Positions 43,552 to 53,256 of a DNA stretch of 64,000 nt are shown here, in pieces. A program made the translations under genes and the position numbers. Numbering within the stretch: the stretch's first letter is position 1; each line of letters opens with the position of its first letter. Origin of the DNA: Candidatus Eiseniibacteriota bacterium (GTDB lineage Bacteria; Eisenbacteria; RBG-16-71-46; CAIMUX01; VGJL01); NCBI GenBank assembly GCA_963792585.1, contig CAWBWI010000003.1:32001-96000 (forward strand), given 5' to 3'. The notes under the pieces were generated by a model. The model saw only the letters and a list, made by a program, of their open reading frames with translations, did no database searches and was not told the origin of the DNA.

Positions 43552-43745
43552 GCGCGGACCTCGAGATGGATCTGATGATTGCGTTGCGCCGGATACCCGG
43601 ACACACCGTGATGATAGCCACGCCACAGTACCGCGGAATGGTACGGAAGGACTAGGTGGGCAGCCTCGAACCGGCACGGAACCGGTGCGCCGACGCCCCA
43701 CCCGACCCGCGGACCCACGGCGGGGAACCGTTGCCGCTCAGCCGC

Positions 43746-44279
43746 TCAGTCGAACCACGGGCGGATGACCTGGAGCGCGACGACCATCACCAGATAGGCG
43801 ATCGGGACCGCGGCGAAGAACCCCAGCGCCGCGCTCCAGCCGCTTCGTCGTCGGGTGCCACCGGAGCCGGTCGGCTGCGGCACCACGAGGTAGGTCAGGA
43901 CGCTGCCGACCACCAGGACGAGAAGCACATAGATCGCCATGAACAGGACGCGCAGGTCGCCGCCCGGGAGTTCCGCGCCGCGCGACAGGAGGACGTCATA
44001 GGCGAGGTACAGGACCGCGAGGATGACCGCGAGCACGAGGCTGGAGAGGACTGCGCGGACCACCGGCCGCGGCGCGTTGCGGAACTGTCGCCATCGAACC
44101 TCGGCCCATGAACGCCGCCGGGCCGGCGGACGGGTCCCTTGGCCACCCGACGCATGTTTGGAGTCCGTGGGCCCCCCGCTGGGCTCCCGGCTGGGCTCAC
44201 CGCCGGACTCCCGGCTGGGCTCGCCGCTGGACTCCCGGCTGGGCTCACCACTGGGCCCCCCGCTGGGCGCCCCGCTCAC
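43746..44279 (-). CDS. Membrane protein with N-terminal tandem tetrapeptide repeats
   Basis: Three TM segments; GTGA overlap with the upstream gene. Confidence 0.7.
   Translation of the reverse strand: MSGAPSGGPSGEPSRESSGEPSRESGGEPSREPSGGPTDSKHASGGQGTRPPARRRSWAEVRWRQFRNAPRPVVRAVLSSLVLAVILAVLYLAYDVLLSRGAELPGGDLRVLFMAIYVLLVLVVGSVLTYLVVPQPTGSGGTRRRSGWSAALGFFAAVPIAYLVMVVALQVIRPWFD
44169..44276. repeat. 12-bp tandem repeat (about 9 units; PSGE/PSRE/PSGG)
   Basis: Units such as CTGGGCTCCCGG and CTGGGCTCACCG. Confidence 0.8.
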
Positions 44280-45514
44280 TCCTGGCCCAGGATCGCCAGG
44301 GTCCGTCGCGCCGGCACGGTCTCGGGCGTGTGCGCCGCCAGCAGCTCCACCGCGTCGACGAATCGGTCCAGCTCGTCCTCCGAGTTGAAGAACCCGACGC
44401 TGATGCGCAGGGCATCGACCAACGGGAGCGTTCGCGTGATGGCGAAGACCCGGGCGCCGAGCTCATCCCGGAGCTGATCCGGCGTCCAGCCGTCCACCGC
44501 GAAGGAGACGAGGCCGGCCATATTCTCGCGTGGTGTCAGGAGGCGGACCCCGGAGATCGTGGCCAGGCGATCCGCCGCTGCACGTGCCAGCCGGTTGCCC
44601 CGCTCGTAGATCCAGTCCAACCCCACGAACATGCTCAACCAGCCGATGGACCGGGCCATCCCGACGATGGACGGACGATGGAAGGCCGAGCCCTCGAACC
44701 GTCGCGCCGTGGACCACGGGAGTGCCTCGCCCGAGGAGTCCACGCGCTCGAACGTGAAATAGCCGCCGACGCTCGGCATGAGCCGTTCCCGTGCAGCGCG
44801 AGTGATCGCGACCGCACCGGTCCCCTCGGGGCCTAGCAGCCACTTCTGGCCGGGGATGGAATAGACATCGGCACCGAGCGCGGCGACGTCGATCGGGATC
44901 GCGCCGGCACTCTGCGCGCCGTCGACGATGACGAGGGCGCCCCGCTCGCGGGCGATGGCCGCGATCGCGGCGACCGGAAGGACGGCGCCGGTCGCCCAGA
45001 GGACATGACTGAACACGACCGCTCGGGTCCGATCGTCGATCGCGGCCTCGAACGCCGCCAGCGTTCGTTCGTTATCTCCACCGTCGCCGATGTCGAGGAA
45101 GTCGATGTCGATCCCGTGACGCATCCGCTGCACGTACAGGGGGCCGGTGCCACCCGGATGCTCGAGCCTCGTCGTGACCGCCTTGTCGCCCGGGCGCCAG
45201 TCGATCCCGTTGACCCCGATATTCATCCCGTCCGTGGCGGCGTGGGTGACGGCGATGTCCTCGACGTCGCAGGTCAGCAGGGCGGCGACGGTGGCTCGCG
45301 CCTCTTCCAGCCGCCCAAGGAACTCCTGGAAGCCGGCGTTGTCCGCCCGACCGACCCGGAGCTCATGCTCGGCCATCTGGGCCATGACAGCCGCGGTCTC
45401 GGCCGGCAGTGGACCGCTCGTCCCGGTATTGAGATAGATGCCGGCGGACAGGGCGGGCAGGAGGGCGCGGACGGCGGCGAGCCGCTCCGCTTCGGTCGGG
45501 CCGGGGGGGATCAC
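44276..45514 (-). CDS. Class V PLP aminotransferase (cysteine lyase / EgtE / CefD-like)
   Basis: YLNTGTSGP; EHPG; VDGAQSAG; SIPGQKWLLGPEG; LRISVGFFN. Confidence 0.92.
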   Translation of the reverse strand: MIPPGPTEAERLAAVRALLPALSAGIYLNTGTSGPLPAETAAVMAQMAEHELRVGRADNAGFQEFLGRLEEARATVAALLTCDVEDIAVTHAATDGMNIGVNGIDWRPGDKAVTTRLEHPGGTGPLYVQRMRHGIDIDFLDIGDGGDNERTLAAFEAAIDDRTRAVVFSHVLWATGAVLPVAAIAAIARERGALVIVDGAQSAGAIPIDVAALGADVYSIPGQKWLLGPEGTGAVAITRAARERLMPSVGGYFTFERVDSSGEALPWSTARRFEGSAFHRPSIVGMARSIGWLSMFVGLDWIYERGNRLARAAADRLATISGVRLLTPRENMAGLVSFAVDGWTPDQLRDELGARVFAITRTLPLVDALRISVGFFNSEDELDRFVDAVELLAAHTPETVPARRTLAILGQE

Positions 45515-45532
45515 GGCCGTATGATACCGGCC

Positions 45533-46393
45533 ATGTCCGGCCTGGCCCGCCCCGAGATCCTTGCAACGACCGAGTGGTTGGGCGAACGACTGGGCAAGTC
45601 AGGGATCCGCATCGTGGACGCCCGCTGGCGTCCCGACGGCAGCGGCGTTGCCGTCCACCGTGCCGGACGGATCCCCGGTTCCGTCCACGTGGACTGGCGA
45701 GCGGATCTCGTCGAGTCCGACGAGTCGGGCGATGCGCTGCGATTGGCCGGGCCGGAGCTCGTGGCCGGCGTCGCCGAACGCGCGGGGATCGGCGACGGCA
45801 CCACCGTCGTGATCTACGACGACACGGCCAGCCTCTACGCCGCCCGGGTCTGGTGGACGTTCCGCGCCTACGGCCTCGAGTCGGTCCGGATCCTCGACGG
45901 CGGTTTCCCTTCCTGGGAGGTCGAGGGCCGCCCCGTGACGCGGACGGTCGTCGAGCCTGCGGCGGGTCCGCTTTCGCTGCCTGCCACGTTCACCCCCCGT
46001 GGACCGACCCGGATCCACCTGACCACCACCGACGTCCGCGGACTCCTTGGGGCTCCGGACGTGACCCTGCTCGATGCTCGCGCGCCGGCCGAGTACCGCG
46101 GCTTCGAGGGGAATACCAAGCGACTCGGGCACATCCCGGGCGCCATCAACGTGCCGGTGGGCGGGTTGCATGTCGCCGGCTCGCAGCGGCTGCGCGGCGG
46201 CGACGAGTTGCGTGACCGGTTGCACGCCGCGAACGTCAGCCGGGGCCGCCGGATGGTCACCTACGACGGCTCCGGGGTCGCGGCGGCCAAGCTGGCCTTC
46301 GTCCTGACCCTGCTGGGCCACGAGGATGTCGCCGTGTACGACGGTGGCTGGGCCGAGTGGGGCAACCGCCTGGACCTGCCGGTCGATCGCTGA
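45533..46393 (+). CDS. Tandem-domain sulfurtransferase (SseA/rhodanese)
   Basis: GRIPGSVHVDW; AARVWW; LDARAPAEY; GHIPGA; VYDGGWAEW; YDGSGVAA in place of the usual YCGSG. Confidence 0.9.
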   Translation: MSGLARPEILATTEWLGERLGKSGIRIVDARWRPDGSGVAVHRAGRIPGSVHVDWRADLVESDESGDALRLAGPELVAGVAERAGIGDGTTVVIYDDTASLYAARVWWTFRAYGLESVRILDGGFPSWEVEGRPVTRTVVEPAAGPLSLPATFTPRGPTRIHLTTTDVRGLLGAPDVTLLDARAPAEYRGFEGNTKRLGHIPGAINVPVGGLHVAGSQRLRGGDELRDRLHAANVSRGRRMVTYDGSGVAAAKLAFVLTLLGHEDVAVYDGGWAEWGNRLDLPVDR

Positions 46394-46488
46394 GCCCGGG
46401 TCACCCCGGGCGGGCGTCGGATGCGGTCCGGCGCCTCAGCTCGCGGCCACCAGATGCACGGCTCGGGTCACCAGACAAACGGCTCGGG

Positions 46489-47076
46489 TCACCAGCCCGT
46501 CGGCTCGGGATCGGGCGAGACCGACCCCGCCGATCTGGCGTCGCTGTCCAGCCCGGCCCAGGGATCGAGCTCGCGGTGAGGGGCAAGGATCTGGGCGAGC
46601 GAATGGTTCACGACCGCGACAGCCGACGTGGCTCGCGCCTCGCCGACCGTGTCCGACCAGTAGGAGGCTTCGGTGACCGGGATGAACTGCCCGTGCAGCT
46701 CGGTCAACGCCTCACGGAGACTGCGCTCGGGGAACAGGTGGATCCGGCCCGTCATCTTGAACGGCGGGATGGAGATGATCGCCTGCTCGGGCGCCTTCGG
46801 TGTCCGCAGCTCGGGCAGCGGCTCCACCGGCTCGTCAGACACCACGAACAGCACGGAGGCGAGGTTGATCTGCGCGAACTCCGCGTGGATCGGCTGCCCA
46901 CGAGCGCCGAACTCATCGAAGGTGACGTCCGACAGCACGATGAACGCATCGTCTGCCCGATTGAGGATGTCGGTGACGCGGCGTTGTCGGGTGGCGATCG
47001 TGCCGCGGACCTGGAACGCGTTGGTGAACAGCGTCAGGGTGACGTCCTGCGGCGCACCCCCGATGGCGTCATACAT
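46489..47076 (-). CDS. Conserved hypothetical protein with two repeated beta domains (DUF6812-like)
   Basis: Internal duplication pattern: RGTI...RVTDILN...FIVLSDV and TGRIH...SLREALT...FIPVTEA. Confidence 0.6.
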   Translation of the reverse strand: MYDAIGGAPQDVTLTLFTNAFQVRGTIATRQRRVTDILNRADDAFIVLSDVTFDEFGARGQPIHAEFAQINLASVLFVVSDEPVEPLPELRTPKAPEQAIISIPPFKMTGRIHLFPERSLREALTELHGQFIPVTEASYWSDTVGEARATSAVAVVNHSLAQILAPHRELDPWAGLDSDARSAGSVSPDPEPTGW

Positions 47077-47113
47077 CTTCAGAGCATACGGGCCATGACC
47101 AGCCCGCGGAAGG

Positions 47114-48838
47114 TCAGGCCCGGTCCCCGGGACCGGTTCTGGCGCCTGCGGTCACCAGCAGCTCCGATCCCTGCTGGAGGCCCTCGTACAGGGCGGTCAC
47201 GGTCGCGACGGTGTCGATCTCACCGGGCGCCTTGTCCCGTCGAAGGGCGTGGATCCTGGGGAACCGAAGGCTGAAGCCGCTGGCGTGACGCGTGCTTCGG
47301 ACGATCACGTCGAAGGCGATCTCCACGACGATGACCGGCTCGACCTCGCGATATCGGCCGGACCGCGTGACCGTGTGCTCCTCGAACCAGGCCGTCATCT
47401 CCGCGATCTCGGAATCCGTGAGACCGCTGTAGGCCTTGCCGATCTCGACCAGACGGCCGCTGGCCTCGTCGCGGATCGCGAACGTGTAGTCGGACAGGAC
47501 ACCGTGGCGCTTGCCATGACCGACCTCGACGCCCACGACCACGCAGTCGATGGTAGCCAGGGCCTTCTTCATCTTCAGCCACCCCAGGCCGCGCCGACCG
47601 GGGGAGTACCCGCTGGCGGGATCCTTGACGATCAGCCCCTCGTTCCGACGGGCACGCGCGTCGGTGAATGCCGCCTCGAGGGCATCCGCATCGGCGGCGA
47701 CCGACAGGTGTGACCGCAGGAACCGTCCACCGTCGGTGGCCAGGGGCATCGGGATGGCATCGAGCCGGGCGCGTCGGTTCGAGAGCGGCTCGCGCAGGAC
47801 CGGCTCGGGGTTCCGGCTCGCCGGGTCGACACCAGGCCCGTCGGCCAGGACGTCGAAGGCGACGTAGATGACCGGGACATCGGCCTGGATCCGCGCCGAC
47901 GGATCCTTGCGACCCAGGCGCGCCTGCAGGCTGATGAACGGCAGCACGAGGCCGTCCTTCCAGGCGAGGATCTCGCCGTCGAGGACGCCGTCCCAGGCGA
48001 CCATCCGCGCCGAGTCGACGATCTCGGGGAATCCCGTGCTCACGTCGTGCAGGTCGCGCGAGTAGAGCCGGACGTCCGTGCCGCGCTTGTGCAGCTGCGC
48101 CCGGATGCCGTCGTATTTGTCCTCCACCCACACTTCGGGGCCCAACCGCCGCACGATCTCGGCGGCGTCCTCGGCCGGCGAAGCGAGCATGAACTTGAGC
48201 GGGTGGAACACCGCCAGCCGGGCGGACGCAAGGGAATCATCGCGAGCCATGCGGGCCAGCCGACCGATATCGCCGGTCAGCATCCCGGCCCATCGAACGT
48301 CCTCCAGCGGGCGATCGAACGCCCGGGCGATGGCGGCCTCCACGAGCCCCTCGCGAAGCCCGATTCGCAGGTCGCCGCCGAGGACCTTGATGATCCCGCG
48401 CGCCGTCGCCGGGTCAGACCGCTGGAGGAGGACGCGCAGCAGCGCGGTCTTGGGGCCTGGCCCGGATGCCGCCTCCATCGCCGCGAACGTGGCCGCCACG
48501 TCGCGGAGACTCGGACTCGTGTCCGGATCCGGATCGTGGCCGGCAGCGGCGAGGACGTCCTCCACGGCGAGGCTCAGGTCGGAGTGGCGGTCGTACGCCT
48601 CCCCGAGTTCGTGCCTCGTCACGCCGGCGACCTCCGCGACCGCGCCCGCGATCGCGGACCAGCCCAGTCCCGTCGCGCGCTGGTCCGCCTCCGGGAACGG
48701 GCGCCCGGTCAGGAAGACGGCGGCGATCGGAAGGTCGTCGGCGTCGAGGTCGTGCAGGTAGCCGGCCAGCAACGCGGTCTTCTCGGACGTCCGGGTGGTC
48801 GCCGCGACGCGTTCGGCGAGGTCGCTCCAGCGGCGCAT
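47114..48838 (-). CDS. ligB: ATP-dependent DNA ligase (LigB-like)
   Basis: EDKYDGIRAQLH; LDGEI; EGLIVK; WLKMKK; SLRFPRI. Confidence 0.93.
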   Translation of the reverse strand: MRRWSDLAERVAATTRTSEKTALLAGYLHDLDADDLPIAAVFLTGRPFPEADQRATGLGWSAIAGAVAEVAGVTRHELGEAYDRHSDLSLAVEDVLAAAGHDPDPDTSPSLRDVAATFAAMEAASGPGPKTALLRVLLQRSDPATARGIIKVLGGDLRIGLREGLVEAAIARAFDRPLEDVRWAGMLTGDIGRLARMARDDSLASARLAVFHPLKFMLASPAEDAAEIVRRLGPEVWVEDKYDGIRAQLHKRGTDVRLYSRDLHDVSTGFPEIVDSARMVAWDGVLDGEILAWKDGLVLPFISLQARLGRKDPSARIQADVPVIYVAFDVLADGPGVDPASRNPEPVLREPLSNRRARLDAIPMPLATDGGRFLRSHLSVAADADALEAAFTDARARRNEGLIVKDPASGYSPGRRGLGWLKMKKALATIDCVVVGVEVGHGKRHGVLSDYTFAIRDEASGRLVEIGKAYSGLTDSEIAEMTAWFEEHTVTRSGRYREVEPVIVVEIAFDVIVRSTRHASGFSLRFPRIHALRRDKAPGEIDTVATVTALYEGLQQGSELLVTAGARTGPGDRA

Positions 48839-48864
48839 GGCGGGGATGGTATACGGTTCCGGCG

Positions 48865-49590
48865 ATGGCGCCCCGAGCATGGTTCCCGGAGGTGATATGG
48901 GGGTCGCAGGTGGTGCTGCGCCGACATGTTCCCGAGAACCTGGCCTGGTTCCGACGCTGGTACGCCGACCCCGAGATCGCGCGGCTCGCGCGCTACCAGG
49001 AAGCACCGATGCGACCCGACGAGATCGAACGCTTCTTCGCGTCGAGGGTCGTCGGACCGGACGCTCTGTCGATGGCGATCCACGAACGTGACGGCGATCG
49101 CCTGATCGGCACGTGCGCCTTCAGCCAGCTCGACGGCGACAACGGCTCGGCGCTCTACCACATCACGATCGGCGAGAAGGACGCCTGGGGCCGTGGATAC
49201 GGCTCGGAAGCGACCAGACTCATGCTCGACCACGCGTTCGGGACACTCCGGCTCCATCGCGTGGCGCTGTTCGTGTTCGAGTTCAACGAGCGCGCGATCC
49301 GGGCCTACAAGCGCTGCGGGTTCGTCGTGGAAGGCCGATCCCGAGAGTCCATCTTTCGTGACGGACACTGGTGGGACGAGCTCGCGATGAGCGTCCTCGA
49401 GTCGGATTGGCGTCGCCGCCGCGATGCGCCGCCGGGCACTGAGGGCTCAGATGCAGCTGCCGCTACCCTCGCCCAGACAGCGGGGGTCACAGAACCGGTG
49501 GCGCACGCCGCCGCCCCCACTGCGGCATCAGCCGATCCGGCCCCGGCCAGGGGCGGTCTCGTCCGACGGACGATCAGGAGGTTCACATGA
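48865..49590 (+). CDS. RimJ/RimL-type GNAT acetyltransferase
   Basis: WGRGYGSEA; LHRVALFVFEFNERAIRAYKRCGFVVEG. Confidence 0.9.
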   Translation: MAPRAWFPEVIWGSQVVLRRHVPENLAWFRRWYADPEIARLARYQEAPMRPDEIERFFASRVVGPDALSMAIHERDGDRLIGTCAFSQLDGDNGSALYHITIGEKDAWGRGYGSEATRLMLDHAFGTLRLHRVALFVFEFNERAIRAYKRCGFVVEGRSRESIFRDGHWWDELAMSVLESDWRRRRDAPPGTEGSDAAAATLAQTAGVTEPVAHAAAPTAASADPAPARGGLVRRTIRRFT

Positions 49591-49865
49591 GCACCGACGG
49601 CATCGGCGCCGATACCGCCCGCGCGGAGGTCCGCGAACTGATCGCAGCCAAGGGCCACGTGGTGGACAACGCCCGGGAGGTCGTGGCCCGGCTGGAGGAG
49701 GCCTTCGCCGACGGATCGCTGGACCGGACGCAGGCGATGGACGGGTACCTCGCCGACCTGGAGCGGGCCCTGGAGCAGGGCGATGGCGACAAGCTGGGTG
49801 GCAAGAGCGCGGAGGCGGCTCGCTTCATCCTTCGCGCGATCGACCGGGAACTGGACAACGCCTGA
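49587..49865 (+). CDS. Hypothetical protein
   Basis: AGGAGG RBS; ATGA overlap with the upstream gene. Confidence 0.7.
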   Translation: MSTDGIGADTARAEVRELIAAKGHVVDNAREVVARLEEAFADGSLDRTQAMDGYLADLERALEQGDGDKLGGKSAEAARFILRAIDRELDNA

Positions 49866-49879
49866 GGGCTAGGCGGGGC

Positions 49880-49910
49880 TTGACTCTCGGGTAGGGCGAG
49901 GGTCCACGAT
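49880..49910 (+). promoter_or_regulatory. MerR-type promoter/operator
   Basis: TTGACT-19 nt-CACGAT with dyad GACTCTCG-N7-CGAGGGTC; ATG 7 nt downstream (leaderless). Confidence 0.8.
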
Positions 49911-49917
49911 GCTCGCC

Positions 49918-50787
49918 ATGGACGCGGACCTGCTCGTCATCGGTCGCTTCGCGCGCCTCGCCGGCCTGTCGGTCGGGGCGTTGCGGCACTACGACGAGCT
50001 CGACCTGCTGCGACCGGCCTGGGTCGACCCCGAGACCGGCTATCGCTCGTACCGTCGCGACCAGCTCGAGACGGCGCGGACCATCGTGCGGCTGCGTGAT
50101 CTCGAGGTCCCGCTCGAGACGATCCGGGCCCTATCTCGGGACGGACGAACCGGCCGTCTGGCGGCAGCTCCTCGAGGCGCATCGGCGCCGCCTGGAGGCC
50201 CGGACGTTCCGGCTCCAGCGCGTCCTCCACATCGTCGGCCAGCTGGCGGCCGACCCACCCGGGACCACCGGGGCCGTCCCTCGACCCCGCAGGAGACCAT
50301 CGCCATGACCGCTCCGACCCTTGACAGCCTGACCGACCTCGACGGCGCGACGCACCGAGCCCTCGGCGCGGCCCTGTTCAACCACACCTGGACCCTGCTC
50401 GAGAAGCCCGACCGAACGCCGGCCGAGACCGACGAGATGATCCACGCGGCCCACGCGTCGCGCTTCCACTGGAGCCGTGCCGACGGGGCCGAGGCCGTCA
50501 ACCTCGCTCGTGGCGAATGGCAGTGCTCACGGGTGTACGCGACGCTGGGTCGCGGTGAACCGGCGCTCTGGCACGCCAGACGCTGCCTCGCCTACAACGA
50601 GGCGGTCGGCGCCGGGGATTGGGACATCGCCGCCGCGTTCGAGGCGTTGGCCCGGGCGAGTGCGGTCGCCGGCGATCCGGTCGCCGCGGCCGCCTGGAAG
50701 GCCAAGGCCGTCGCCGCGCTCGACGCCATCGCCGACCAGGACGATCGCGAGCTCATCGAGGGGGACATCGCGACCCTTCCGGTCTGA
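49918..50787 (+). CDS. MerR-family regulator fused to a helical C-terminal domain; frameshifts
   Basis: IGRFARLAGLSVGALRHYDELDLLRP...TGYRSY; C-terminus LFNHTWTLLEKPDRT...MIHAAHASRFHW. Confidence 0.85.
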   Translation: MDADLLVIGRFARLAGLSVGALRHYDELDLLRPAWVDPETGYRSYRRDQLETARTIVRLRDLEVPLETIRALSRDGRTGRLAAAPRGASAPPGGPDVPAPARPPHRRPAGGRPTRDHRGRPSTPQETIAMTAPTLDSLTDLDGATHRALGAALFNHTWTLLEKPDRTPAETDEMIHAAHASRFHWSRADGAEAVNLARGEWQCSRVYATLGRGEPALWHARRCLAYNEAVGAGDWDIAAAFEALARASAVAGDPVAAAAWKAKAVAALDAIADQDDRELIEGDIATLPV

Positions 50788-50799
50788 GCCCGGGGCGAC

Positions 50800-50932
50800 C
50801 TACCGGCCGAACGTCAGGGTCGCGATGACGATCAGGGCCACGACCCCGATGGCCGCCACGCCCACCCCAAGGGCGCCGATCACGGCGATGTCACGGATCA
50901 ATCGGCGCCGGTCCGCCCGGCGTCCCGGTCAT
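50800..50932 (-). CDS. Small single-TM membrane protein (about 44 aa; one indel)
   Basis: ATGA overlap with the paiB-like gene; LIRDIAVIGALGVGVAAIGVVALIVIATLTFGR. Confidence 0.45.
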
Positions 50933-51567
50933 CGTTCACGGATACCTCGCATCGCGACGGCGGTCGCGCGGTCGCCAACGGCTTCGAGGCCGGCGATCAC
51001 GCCATCGACATCTTCGGTTGACCGGTTCTGGCTGAGCTTGAGCTTGGCCTCGAGGCGGTCGACCAGGAGCTCGACCCCGACGATCGCCCGAAGCTGGCCC
51101 GCGACGTACGGCTCGGGCGCATCGTCCACCGACCACGCCGGTCGGCGACCGGCCTCGTACTTGGTCGTGAGGTCGCGCACGTTCGCCTCCACCCAGGCCG
51201 GGTCGTCATGGATGAGCAGCCGGCCATAGGCGTGGATCCGCGCGTAGTTCCAGGTCGGCACGACCCGGCCGTGCTCTCGCTTCGTGGCGTACCAGGAGGG
51301 CGTGACGTAGGCGTCGGGCCCGCGGACGATGGCCATCGCCTCGCCGATCGCAGGCTCGCGCCACTGCTCGTTCTTGCGGGCAAGGTGACCGCGCAACGCT
51401 CCGAACGCCCCGATCCCCTCCCGTGAGCCGGGCGCGTCCCAGACGACCGGCAGCATCGTGGCGAGGATCCCGCGCGACGTCACGGTGACGAGGTCGATCG
51501 CACCGGCGTTGGTGAGCAGGTCGATGACATCGGCCTCGGTCGGGGCGAAATGCGCTGGGACGTACAC
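50929..51567 (-). CDS. PaiB-like FMN-binding negative transcriptional regulator
   Basis: YVPAHF; LRGHLARKNEQW; GPDAYVTPSWY; VPTWNY; KLKLSQNR. Confidence 0.92.
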   Translation of the reverse strand: MYVPAHFAPTEADVIDLLTNAGAIDLVTVTSRGILATMLPVVWDAPGSREGIGAFGALRGHLARKNEQWREPAIGEAMAIVRGPDAYVTPSWYATKREHGRVVPTWNYARIHAYGRLLIHDDPAWVEANVRDLTTKYEAGRRPAWSVDDAPEPYVAGQLRAIVGVELLVDRLEAKLKLSQNRSTEDVDGVIAGLEAVGDRATAVAMRGIRER

Positions 51568-51656
51568 GGGTCGGCGGCCTCCAGGTCGGGGCGCGAGTAT
51601 GCCCGACGGGCGGGACACGTAGAATCGGTCCACTTCCCCTCCGGAGACCCGCACCC

Positions 51657-52607
51657 ATGACTGACCTCAAGATCGGCATCCTGCCCTGGAGCCAGAGCGC
51701 CACGTGGCCGGAGATGCTCGACGCCGCGAAGCGCATCGACCGCCTCGGCTACGACCACCTCTGGACCTGGGACCATCTGTACGCGATCTTCGGCGACCCG
51801 TATCAGCCGATCTTCGAGGGCTGGACGACGCTCGCCGCCTGGGCCATGGCCACCGAGCGCGACCGCCTCGGCCTGCTCGTCGGCGCGAACACGTTCCGCA
51901 ATCCCGGGCTCACCGCCAAGACGGCGGAGACGCTCGACCACATCAGCGGCGGCCGCGCCATCCTGGGCATCGGTGGCGCCTGGATGGAGCCCGAGCACAC
52001 GGCCCACGGCATCGAGTTCGGGACCGGCTTCGGCCAGCGGCTCGACTGGATGGACGAATCGGTCGGCGCGATGCGTGCGCTCCTCGACGGCGAGGCCGTG
52101 ACGTCCGCGCCGGGCGGCCACTACCGGTTCGCCGACCTTCGCCACGCTCCCCTGCCCGTCCAGGCGCACCTCCCGATCATGATCGGCGGCAGCGGCGAGA
52201 AGAAGACGCTACGGACGGTCGCCAAGTACGCGGACCTGTGGAACGCGTCGGGCACCCCCGAGGTCATGGCCCACAAGATCGATGTGCTGCGCGAGCACTG
52301 CGCGGCGGTGGGCCGGGACATCGCCGAGATCGAGTTCACCCTCGGGATCAAGCTCACGATCCGGGACACGAAGGCGGAGGCCGAGCAGGTCCGCTGGGCC
52401 GCCATCGAGCACAACCGGACGCCGCGCGCCGAGGTCGAGGACGACGACACGTTCTGGGAGGGGTCGCCGGAGGAGATCGCCGACCGGCTGCGTCCCTACG
52501 TCGCGCTCGGCTTCACGACGATCATCTCCGAGCAGCCCGCGCCGTACGACATCGAGACGCTCGAGCGGTTCATCGGCGAGGTGAAGCCGCTCATCGACGC
52601 CGGGTAG
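51657..52607 (+). CDS. LLM-class flavin/F420-dependent oxidoreductase
   Basis: LWTWDHL; FRNPGLTAKTAETLDHISGGRAILGIG; PIMIGGSGEKKTL. Confidence 0.93.
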   Translation: MTDLKIGILPWSQSATWPEMLDAAKRIDRLGYDHLWTWDHLYAIFGDPYQPIFEGWTTLAAWAMATERDRLGLLVGANTFRNPGLTAKTAETLDHISGGRAILGIGGAWMEPEHTAHGIEFGTGFGQRLDWMDESVGAMRALLDGEAVTSAPGGHYRFADLRHAPLPVQAHLPIMIGGSGEKKTLRTVAKYADLWNASGTPEVMAHKIDVLREHCAAVGRDIAEIEFTLGIKLTIRDTKAEAEQVRWAAIEHNRTPRAEVEDDDTFWEGSPEEIADRLRPYVALGFTTIISEQPAPYDIETLERFIGEVKPLIDAG

Positions 52608-52679
52608 GAGGCGGTCGTTATCGAGATCGGGCGGATCAGGGTCCGAGCCTGGCGCCGCATCGCCCTAGTCGCGGCGTCA

Positions 52680-53190
52680 GTGGTCCTCGTCGCCTGCGGC
52701 CAGCCCGTCCCGACCCGATCGCCTTCATCGACGCCGATGGGTCTCGCCGCCAGCGAAGAGCTGCCGACGTTGCGCGTCGCCGAGCTCACGATCACGGTGA
52801 GCGGGCGTGCGGCCTGCGAATGGCTTGGGGGCTGTCAGGCCGCGCTGGCCATCGAGCCCACGATCGACCCCGCGGCGACGCTCGACCCTGGCGGACCTGC
52901 TCCCGAGGGGATCGCCCTGGATCTCGTCCAGGTCGAGGAAGCGGATCGCGGCACGTACGACGTCGGCCCGGGCGCCGATCTCCCGACGACGATCGAACCC
53001 GGCGCCTACCGTGTCGTCGGGGAGTGGAACCTGATGTCCGACATCCCATCGGCGGGAACGTTCCCGATCATGGGGACGCAGTACGGTTGCGTCGCTCCGC
53101 TCTCCGTCGAATTCGACGACCACTCGAGTGTCGATCACGCTGGTGTTCGCCCTCGAAGGGACGTGCGTCGTGGCCGCGGCAGCCGCCTGA
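52680..53190 (+). CDS. Putative lipoprotein; ends uncertain
   Basis: Lipobox LVAC, S/P/T linker, paired Cys. Confidence 0.5.
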
Positions 53191-53256
53191 ACGGGACCCC
53201 GCCGCATATGCGGCCGGTTGTCATCAGGAAGGCTACGTCACTGCGAGCGCAACGCC

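Noticed and set aside
46395..46510. Short CGGCTCGGGTCACCAG tandem repeats
   Set aside because: Local slippage-type duplication at a gene 3' end; no further structure
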